Assembly: GCA_964019335.1 (NCBI GenBank)
Contig: OZ025665.1
Location: 1 to 64,000 of the forward strand
DNA length: 64,000 bases
Direction of reading: 5' to 3'
Origin: Diplonema japonicum
Taxonomy: Eukaryota > Protista > Euglenozoa: Diplonemea
In this document: piece after piece, positions 1-8,758 of the stretch
Layout: every line of letters begins with the position of its first letter
How positions within the stretch are numbered: the first letter of the stretch is position 1
Translations under genes and position numbers: made by a program
The notes under the pieces: generated by a model
The model's input: only the letters and a program-made list of their open reading frames with translations
What the model was told of the DNA's origin: nothing
Database searches by the model: none

Positions 1-3000
1 CCCTGTCAGGTAGAACGCCGCCTCAGCTACCTCCTCCTCCATTCCTGTAGCCGCAGCTTCCCGTTCCATCGCCTCCTGATCCTCCCGCTCCCTCCTCTCC
101 TCCTGGGAGTGCTGCTCCGCTTCCGAGTCCAGTTCCATCTTCTCCACCAGAACCTTCCCCTTCCTGATGGCCGCCCTCGCCACGCCCTTGACCACGGCCG
201 CCGACACTGCGGCCTTCATGTCGTTGAAGACCTCCACCCTGTGTCGTCGCGTCCTCTTCGCTGCTTCAGATGCCACCTCCTTCAAGAACTCCCTGGCCTG
301 CCCTGCCAGACCCCCAAACGTTTCCACCGCAAAAGGGCGGAACTGCTTGTGAGCCTCCTTGCACGCTTCCATGTGCTTCTTGTTCTTCGCCTCCTGGGCC
401 TTGTTCGCAGCGTAGCCAGCAGTTTTTGAGGCCTGTTCCAGGTTGCCCACCGTCCGAGGGTGCACCACCGTCACATCCACCGCCAGCCCGTGGCCGTTTC
501 CTTGTATCCCGCTCGGGAGGAGGATGTCCGCTGGCTTTGCCGATGAGCCAGCCACGATGTGCTTCTCCTCCCTGACCACATCTATCGCCCCCTCCCTGCA
601 CTGGTCATACAGGACGTCCCTCACCCCGTTGTGGCGGTGTTGCGTGGTCCCTCCGTTCTTGCAGCACTGCGCGTGGTCTCCTCGGGCGTCCATTTCCTCC
701 CCGCAGTTCAAGCACTGTGTGCCCTCTTGGTATAGAGGCGCCCCGAGCCACCACCTCGTCGCCACCTTGAACTCCTCATCGTTCATCAGGTTGCCATGGG
801 TGAGGGGGGCCACCAGCCATGCCCCGGCTCCTTGCATCGCCGTCCCGCGGATCCTGGCCTTGTCTTCCTTCCCTGCCTCCCCCAGGAGGCCTTGCCATGC
901 GCTGTCCTCGAGAATGAGGGACAGGAGCCTCTGCTGAGCTGCCTTCGGGTAGTCCTTCAAGAGCCCCACGCTCATCAGGGCCGCCTCGCCCGGGACCTTC
1001 TCGTTCAGCCACCTGCAGTGCTCCTCCCAGTCTGCCGCGGAATCCCAGTCGTACATGGGGTCGATCTCCTGGGAGATGTTCCGCGTCGCCACCAGGGATG
1101 CGATGTTCGCCACTCTCAGGTGCTCCTGGCAGCTCCTCAGGCCCAGCCCTCCCCTCCTTACTGCTAGGCTTGCTTGTTTCCACTGGTGCCCCTCCAGCTC
1201 CCCTCCCGCCAGGCACCCCATCGTCGATCTGACCAACTCGTCGAACCTCTGCATGGCGTCCCCAACATGGGTCTCAGGGATGGTCCGCATGAAGTGCACC
1301 ATCTTGCCGAAAGACTGGCAGCTGCGAAGGAGGGCGTACCCCGACTGTGCCCGCATCTTCGACTGCATCCGGAAGGTCTCCGCCAGCCTGTCGATCTTCC
1401 TGTGGAGGAAGGCGGTCGTGTACTCCGGTGTGCCGATCGGTGCCCCTAGCAGCTCGAAGTTGCCGTCGCGGGACACTTTGTCCTTTCTGAAGCCCTTGAA
1501 GCCCCACTCGGCTGGGTCGTTGGGCTTCTCCCCGCGTACCCAGATGAGTTCGCATTTCGCCGGCTTCACCGACAGGTGAACATCTGCGCTCAACTCCGTC
1601 AGGATGTCCACCGCCTTCCTCACTTGCTCCACCTCGCCCGCGAAGACCCCATCGTCCAGGTAAAACTGACAGATGTCCAAGTCCGTCTGTTCCTTGACCT
1701 TTTCAATGATGGGTTGGAGGGCGAGGGAGAAGAAGAGGGGTCCCAGAGGATCCCCTTGCTGCACACCCTCCTTCGACTGCAGGACCTTCCCATCCCCGTA
1801 CAGCAGGTTCGTGGGATTCTTGTAACAAAGTTGCGCCCATTTTTCCGCCCCAGCAGCCTTCGCCCTCACTTGTCGCAAGATCTCGTGCCTGCTCATAGAA
1901 TTGAAGGCGTTCGCGTAGTCCACCTTCACGATTACCCTGTTTCCCTCTCCCTGTTCCCTCTCCCTCTTCACGTATTGCCTAAAGGTGTGCACAGCCGCTT
2001 CCATGCCCGCCGGCACCGCCACCCCCAGTTGACCACCTTTCCTCAAGTACTCCGTGGCAACTGCAGGGGCTATTTTCACGACCAGGGCTTTCGCCACTAA
2101 CCTCCTCAGGCATTCGCCCACCGCGATTGGGCGAACTCCCTTGTCCGGCTTCTTCAGCGGAGTAAGTGAACCGCCTGCTAGGAACGGGACGACGTCACTC
2201 GGGACCTCCCCCTGGACCATCACATTGCACGTCCTTGTCAGCGACTCTGTGATCCCTTTCGCCTTCGCCCTGCCCTCCACAGCTGCCCGGAGATGTTCCA
2301 CGCTGAGGCCCGAAGGGCCCGCCGACTTCCCCTTGCCCAGGTCCTGCAGGGTGCGGACACACTCCAGGGGTGTAAGCACTTCCGCCTCTTCCGGCTCCCC
2401 CAGGTCCAGCAGGCTCGGGTCATGCATTGGTCTCGGGTGTAGCGCCTCGAGTTTCCTCTCTGTGTCCTCGTCGTCGTCCGCTAGCCCTACCGCCGTCAAG
2501 GCCGCATTCGCCTGGGAGAATCTCATCTCCCTGGTCAGCGTCTCCGCTCTGCTCAGGCGTGTCTCCTCCGTCGGCTCCTTCGGAGGTACATACTTAGGCT
2601 TCGGCAGGTCCTCCCACAGCTCCTTGTGTTCTCCCCTCAGCCACTGTGCGAGCTTGTTCTTGTTGTTCTTCTCGTTGGTCTTCCTCCTATCCTTCCCACC
2701 CTTGCGCTTCGAGAGGCACACCTTGGGGAGCATCATGAGCATGACCCAGGACTCGTAGGTCTTCTCTTCCACTACCCTGTCCATGCATTGTTTGAGTGCC
2801 ACACTCCAGTCCCTCCTCAGGCTGTCTGGGACCCACTTCAGCACCCTTACTTTTGCCGACATCACTTCATCCAGGGAGGGGAGCTCCGACCTGTGCGGCG
2901 CCGCGCATCTCTCGGTGGGGGCGAACTCTCCCATCTCCTTCAGGCACTCCTCGTGCGCACCCTTCTCCGTGCTCGCCAGTCTCCCACAGACACACGGGCG

Positions 3001-5611
3001 CAGGCCTATGCCCCGCAGATCCGCCTGCGATACCTCCGACTCCATCAGGTGATCGTTCAGGTGCTCCGTCAGGGTCGCGAACGACATGAAGGCCCTCCCC
3101 TTCATCCTTAGCGACCTCTCGCACCCATACACGGGGCAGTACAGGTCTGTCTTTGACTTCAACGGGGCGGCTTCCTCCGCTCTTCCGACCCCCGGGTCCA
3201 CTCTTTTCTCTACTGGATCCGATACCTTCATGAAGTCTTCGCTAGGTGCCGCTGCGGGTTGCACCCCTGGCGCCTGCGACCTCACGCTGTAGGCCCACCC
3301 TCTCATCCTTTCCATCTGTTGTGTGTCTGCCTCCACCGGGTCATAGTGCTCGCCGTTGAAGCCCATGACGATGTGCGACCCTGCCGTCCCCAGGTCCACA
3401 CCCTCTGCCGCTATCTCCAGCACCGACCACTCGCCTCCCACCACCACTAGGATAGGCCTCTGCCAAAGATCCGAGGCCGCCACCAGACATACGTGGTCTC
3501 CCCACGACTTGTCCTTGCTCATCTCCCTGACGTATTCCTCCAGGCCCTGGCTGCCCTCCTCCATGAAAGGCGAGTACTTCCCAGCCTCGGCCCGCATGTG
3601 CTCCATCACTTCTGCCCTCACCTCTGCGTGCTTCCGTTCATCTCGGTGGAGGAAGTGGGCGATGGCTCGGAACATACAGTTCCCGTCTCCCGCCACTGGG
3701 ACCAGTCTCGCGCCCGTGAACGATATGAGTGCATCCATTGTTGCTCTTCCGTCACCCTGGAGGCTTGGCTTGGCCTGCTGGGGCTTCTTCTTCTTCGACT
3801 TGGTTTTCCCGGCACCCGCCTGGTTCGAGCATTCCGGACACTTTTTGCTGCTAGCCGCGCATATTCCCGGGCAGCTCTCGCATATTCCAAAACCCATCTC
3901 CACTACCTGCTCCGCCGTGATGCCGTCTTGCTTCCGCCAGTGACCAGCGACATGGTACCGGAGTCCCCCCTTGGTCTTCGCCTTGAAGTCGCAGCTTTTG
4001 CACTCGAATGCTGCCCCTCCTCTCAAGGCACCTCCTGGGAGGGCGACACTGCGTCTCGAGCATGGGGGGGGCTCGGCGGTTGCTTTCAGCCCCTGATGGA
4101 AGGGGAGGGGAAGGGACTGGGGAAACGGAGGAGGAGGGGGTAGTGGAGACGAGGGAAGGAAGTGGGGGTTAGAAGAGCTCCTGCCCCCAACCTTGAATGA
4201 AGGTCTGCCAGGCCTTCTACCCACCCACCTTCTCCTCGTTCTCCTCGTGGGACGCGACCCTTCCCCTTGTGCACTTGAGTGGCCACCAAGGTCTGGGGCA
4301 GGGGCGAGGGTGACAAGGCAGCATAGAAGGTGGAACAGAATGGGGAGGGCAACCCTCCACCCACTACTCTCCACTTCCCTTTCCGCCTGCCCTTCCTCCA
4401 GCCTCCTGCGCCTCGTTCTTGCTTCCCTCCTGCCTGCGTTCTTCGCTTCCCTTCTCGCTCTCTTCCTCTCCTGCCTCCCTGCCTCTTCCCTGTCGGCCTC
4501 TGCTTCCCTGGCCGCCTGCCTCCTCCGCCTCCTCGCCTCCAGAGCAGCCTCCGTCCTCCTCCTCTTCCTCTCCTTCTTCTTCGGGGCTGCCTCCTTCTTC
4601 CTCCCAGTTCGCACACCCCTGCGCCTTTCCCTGGGTGGGTTCCACCGGGTCGCCCTGCCAGCCGTTTCCACCGTGTCTCCTCCCACTATTCCTTGGAGTG
4701 GGGGCAGGGCGTGCGTGGACGGTGGGCGCGGTCCCTCTTGGGGTCTCCTCAAAGTCCTGAGGTAGACCTTATTCCCCATATGCACGTCTACATAGGGGGG
4801 AAGGGGTGCCTTCGCTGGGGCAGGTGCGGGTTGGGTGTGTGGCCTAGGGGCAGGGTCCCGGTGGCTCTCAGGGGGGATGGGTATGTCTCCTACAGGGGGT
4901 GGGGGTGGAGTTATTAGTGGAGGGGGGCTGGTGGGGGGCTGCACATGCTTGTCCTTTTCGGGGGAGGAGGGTGGGTTTGGTAGTGGGAGGGGGTTGGTGG
5001 GGGGCTGTACAGGGGTAGGGAGGGGGCTGGTCTCACGCGGGTCCTCCGGATGGCAGGGGGTTGGGTCGGGGACACATCTGAGGGTGACGGAGACCCTCCG
5101 GCCCTCCGTCGCTCCTGCCGGGATGGTGTGTGTCCACCCGTGCCTCGCTTCCCCCTCCAGCACCGCCCACGACCTGGGGGGGACGTGGAAGCGTGCTTCC
5201 TTCCCACCCTTTCGGAACACCATTTTCGTCGGTGTTCCGAACGAGAGGATCAGCACGATCCCCCCCAGCACCCGGTCGTCGGTGTGCTCCGCGATCCCCA
5301 CCCCAGGCTGGTAGCTATTAACCAGCACCTGGTTGGGGACCCCCTCCAGCCCCGCCTCCTCCCACGCCCTCTTCACCCAGGGGACAACCCCCTCGGGGAT
5401 GCCCCTGGTGGGCCTCACCACCCCCCTCTTCCTCCACTCCCAACCCCACTGCTGCACCCTTCGACCGGTGCCACAGTGGGCGAGCTCCTCTCCCTCTTGG
5501 GTGAGGAGCTCCACCGGGAGCTGGAGGGGGAACGGCCCCGTCCGCATTCCCCCCGGCCTTTCCCCCTTCTCGAGCCGCCAGGGGGCGCCCTTCCTCTCCC
5601 CGTTCTTGCCC

Positions 5612-5613
<2 letters not shown>
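1..5613 (-). CDS. Retrotransposon polyprotein >1871 aa: AlkB - basic/TM region - ZnF - OTU - ZnF - RT - RLE - C-terminal extension (3'-partial)
   Basis: ATG at 5613 follows a pyrimidine tract. Hand translation puts AlkB (5077-5470), C2H2 finger (CKSC..HVAGH, ~3940-4005), OTU (GDGNCMF ~3670-3690; FNGEHY ~3345-3362), YLDD (~1650) and RLE (~170-720) in one frame. The ORF track lists no stop-terminated minus ORF in that frame between 1 and 5613. Confidence 0.88.
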
Positions 5614-5645
<32 letters not shown>

Positions 5646-5837
5646 AAGGAAAAGAGAGAAAAGAGAAGAAAGAAAAGAAAGGAAAGAGGATTTCTAGTGG
5701 GTTTCTATGTAAAAACAAACAAAAACAAAAAACAAAAACAAAAAAAAAGAGAAAGGAAAATACAGGGATTTCTAGGTGACTTTTTTTTTTTTTTTTTACA
5801 GATGAACACAGACAACAAAAGAAAGAAAGGAAAGAAA

Positions 5838-6215
5838 GGGAAGATAAACAAGTCTACTTTTTTTTTTTTTTTTTTTTTTTTCTAAGGGAGTTTGCCGACT
5901 TTGACTTGACCGAAGTTGTCAGGGGTCAACACAGTTGTGTCGGGCTTTTCGTGGCCGGAGTAGGGGCCGGGGGTGAGGCTGCTCAGCTGGCGTCTGATGT
6001 GAGACGCTGGTGGAGCTGAGCGCCGGGACTTGGGGGCGGGAGGAGGGAGGGAAACACCAGACAGCGCGCACAGCAACAGCACAGCACCGACAACCCACAC
6101 AGCAACACCACACACGCAGCGTTCGACTGCCTGCCGCCTATTTTTTTCTTTTAGGGGGCGGGTTGCTGTAGGTCAGGGGGAGGGTCCCTTCCCTTCCCTT
6201 CCCAATAAACTTTTT
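5838..6215 (-). repeat. Conserved 5' non-coding module of the retrotransposon family, copy 1
   Basis: Close match to 16104-16497; 6111-6179 is identical between copies. Several stems and a (GGGAA)3GGG run. Confidence 0.9.
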
Positions 6216-6216
6216 T

Positions 6217-6287
6217 AAAAAGGGGGACTTGAGAAAATAAATAAAAAGGGGGACTTGAGAAAATAAATAAAAAGGGGGACTTGAGAA
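6217..6287. repeat. 26-bp tandem repeat, ~2.7 copies (aaaaagggggacttgagaaaataaat)
   Basis: Seen directly at 6217, 6243 and 6269. Confidence 0.95.
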
Positions 6288-6289
6288 TG

Positions 6290-6738
6290 TTTTTTTTTTT
6301 TTTTTTTTTTCTTCAAAAGACACACAAGGCACGATAAATCTTAAGAGAAAATAAAAATATTCCAAAACAGACAATCAAGTTCCAACCTGGGAGGAAGGCA
6401 TGGGTTTCTCTTTTTCTTTATGGGAGGGAGAGGGGAAGAAGAAGAAGCAACTCCAAATGATAAAAATTCAAAAATAAAAATCTCAAAAAAGGCTTAAAAG
6501 AAGAAGAGGCAAATTCAAAAACATACTAGGGAGGAATGAGTGGGGCAGGGGGTAAAATTTAGGAGGGGGAAAGAGGGAGAATCAAAAAAGGGGAAAGGGG
6601 CAGAGTGACCAATGTCCACTCTCCTCCTGCGAGTCGTCTTGGATCCATTTTTTTTTTTTTTTTTGTTTTATAGTGTGTGTTGGGGGGGAGGGGATCCTTT
6701 CAATAAAGTACAGAAACTGTAGCTTTAGAATCGTTGGT
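6290..6738 (-). pseudogene. Processed retrocopy of a short trans-spliced, polyadenylated RNA (SL exon ... A21)
   Basis: SL exon at 6738-6701 is joined to non-GT sequence, followed by a short 29-aa ORF (MDPRRLAGGEW...) and a poly(A) at 6310-6290. Confidence 0.6.
6701..6738 (-). ncRNA. Spliced-leader exon copy, diplonemid type (not a complete SL RNA gene)
   Basis: Reads ACCAACGATTCTAAAGCTACAGTTTCTGTACTTTATTG, with the euglenozoan CAGTTTCTGTACTTTATTG 3' end. It is followed by AAAGG rather than the GT donor. Confidence 0.92.
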
Positions 6739-7444
6739 GGACGGGAAGCCCCTCGAGATTGATTCGCCGGAGGTCAGTGGGAACAGGGGTCTGGCGAGGA
6801 AGAGGGTGCCCTCGAATGAGGCTCAGTCCGCCCAGCGGACCCCAAAAGTGAAGAAGGGTCGCGGCCAGCTGGACGTAAGAGAGTCGAGCCTAGCCGCTGG
6901 CATGCGCGTGCTGTTCGGAGCGGTTCCGCCCCCTTCCCTGACCCCCTTGGCCGTGGGTAGCAGGCCGCCGCAGGAGGAAGGCGAAACGGTGCAATCTCCC
7001 ATTCCGGGGGCGAGCGGTGCAGGGCTCTACTCTCCAGAGGCGAGGTTCCCGGAGGCGCCTGTGGTGTCCATGGCCGCGGACCTGTGCGAGTCGGACGGGA
7101 TGGAGGCACATTCGGCCTCCTCCGGTGTGGACAGAGAGCCTTCGCCCGCTCGTCCGTCGCAGTCTCCCGTGCTGGGGGCTGAAGGCGGGGGGCGCCTCTC
7201 TCCGGAGGTCAGTACCCCAGAAACCTCCAACCCCGATGTCCGGGTAGAGGGCGGGGAAAAGGTCGCCAGAAAAAGGGTACCTTCCCACGAGACCCAGTCG
7301 GCCCAACGCGCCGCTAAGGTCGGGAAGGGCCCTGTCCAACGAGATGTGAGGGGGCCCCAGGGTGGTCGATCCACCCCCTGGGCTCGCAAGGGCCCAGGGC
7401 TTGAGCAGCCAACATTAAGGGTTCCTGAGGGAAGCCCACTTTAG
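6739..7444 (+). pseudogene. 5'-truncated GC-rich coding fragment with an internal duplication, probably from a mobile element
   Basis: The open frame starts at the SL junction with no true ATG and contains ARKRVPS.E.QSAQR..KV.KG..Q.DVR twice. Confidence 0.4.
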
Positions 7445-7448
7445 AATT

Positions 7449-7488
<40 letters not shown>

Positions 7489-7625
7489 CCATTACAACAA
7501 ATCGACAATGGGGAAAAAAAAAAAAAAGAAAGATAGCAAAAGAAAAAAAAAGGGGACCGGGAGTTTTCCCCCCTGAAGTTCCTTTGTTAAAACATGTTTG
7601 CTGTTGGGTTTCCGTTTCTTTTCTT

Positions 7626-7821
7626 TTTGGTTTAACTAGGAGTTTTCCTTCTACAGCTTGTTTGCTGATGGTTTTGAGTTGATTCTCTTTTATTTTTATT
7701 TTTATCTTTGGTTTAACTACAAGTTTTCCTACAGCTTGTTTGCTGATGGCTTTAAGTTGACTCTTTTTTATTTTTATTTTTGGTTTAACTAGAAGTTTTC
7801 CTTCTACAGCTTGTTCGCTGA
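7626..7821. repeat. Tandem repeat with 72-81 bp period, ~2.6 copies
   Basis: tttggtttaacta..agttttc..ctacagcttgtt.gctga at 7626, 7707 and 7779. Confidence 0.9.
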
Positions 7822-8758
7822 CGGGTGGGTTTATCGGGCGGGCTTCCATAGCTGGTGATCTATGGAAGCCTTCCCAGATTTTTTCTTTTTTTTTTTTTTT
7901 TTTTTTTCAGGCCGGGCTGGGGAAGGACGACAAGACCACCAACGGAGGAGAAACCGCTGCAGAAAGGGGAAAGGTGCAGGAAGACGAAGAGGACGAGAGG
8001 GCGTCTCACAAAGACTCCCTTTAATTCATATATCTTTTATTTTCCTTTTTATTTTTCTTTTCTTTATTTTCTTTCTCCCAACCCAACCCCCGAAAAAAAA
8101 GAAAAGAAAAGAAAAGATTCATTCCTCCCTAGTTTATTATATTTTGCATCAGGTTCGCCGAGAAAATAAAAGGAAAAACAAAGAAAGAGAACGGCAGCCA
8201 AATTTTAAATTTTTATTTTATCATCAAAGGAGGTTTGAAAAAGAGAAAAATTAAAGAGAAGAAAGAGACCTTTTTCTCCTCTATCGATAAGTGGTTCACG
8301 AACTCGAATCTTTATCACCACTTTTTAGTGCATGCCAGATTTTTTTTTTTTCTCCCGCCTTGTTAAAGAAGTTTTAATTTACTAATAAAAAAAAAAAGTG
8401 AAAAGAGGAGTAGAAGACGATCCGGTGGGGGGCATGGGAACCATAAACCGTGTCTTCCATCGCGATCGGCAAGGCGGGGGCTTTTCCGTCCCATGGGTGA
8501 AAAGAGGCGGATAAAACCACTATTCCGGACCCCCCCCCAACACTGAGCATGCACTTTTTCCCCCCAAAAAAAAAAAAAAAAAAAAAAAAAGGAAAAAAAA
8601 AAAAAAATCTAAGTGGTTCTATCTAGCCTGGCCGTTGTAGCACCTGTTCCCTATTCTTTTATTTTTCCCTTTTTTTTTTCTCAGAAAAAAAAAAAAAAAA
8701 AAGTTTCAGATCTTCCTATGGCGGGGGGGGGAGACCAGCCCCCCACACCCCCGCTGGC

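Larger units (their letters stand above)
1..6215 (-). mobile_element. Non-LTR retrotransposon, CRE/SLACS-like RLE clade (element 1); 3' end lies outside the window
   Basis: Minus-strand ORF with RT (GVQQGDPLGPLLFSLA, FYLDDG), CCHC knuckle (CLNC..DARGDHAQCC) and RLE (RHNGVRD, PADI, VDVTVVHP, PFAVETFGG). Its 5' non-coding module is shared with element 2. Confidence 0.93.

Noticed and set aside
109-5616. Numerous plus-strand ORFs over the elements (also 9548-10978, 21979-23223 and others)
   Set aside because: Antisense shadows of GC-rich minus-strand coding sequence; no motifs
5990-6010. Hammerhead ribozyme (ctgatg)
   Set aside because: Lacks the CUGANGA and GAAA core in the required arrangement on either strand
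5882-6115. 77-aa signal-peptide-like ORF in the 5' module (MCGVAVWVVG...)
   Set aside because: No ATG start, and copy 2 has frame-breaking indels, so conservation is at the nucleotide level
6115-6135. tRNA T-arm or Pol III B-box (gttcgac)
   Set aside because: No closing C61 pairing, no cloverleaf and no A-box
6690-6745. Functional SL RNA gene or SL-array target site
   Set aside because: The exon is followed by AAAGG, not the GT donor and SL intron; there is no tandem array, and the elements do not interrupt the exon
7626-7821. CRISPR-like array
   Set aside because: Eukaryotic context, spacers are related low-complexity A/T runs, and no cas genes
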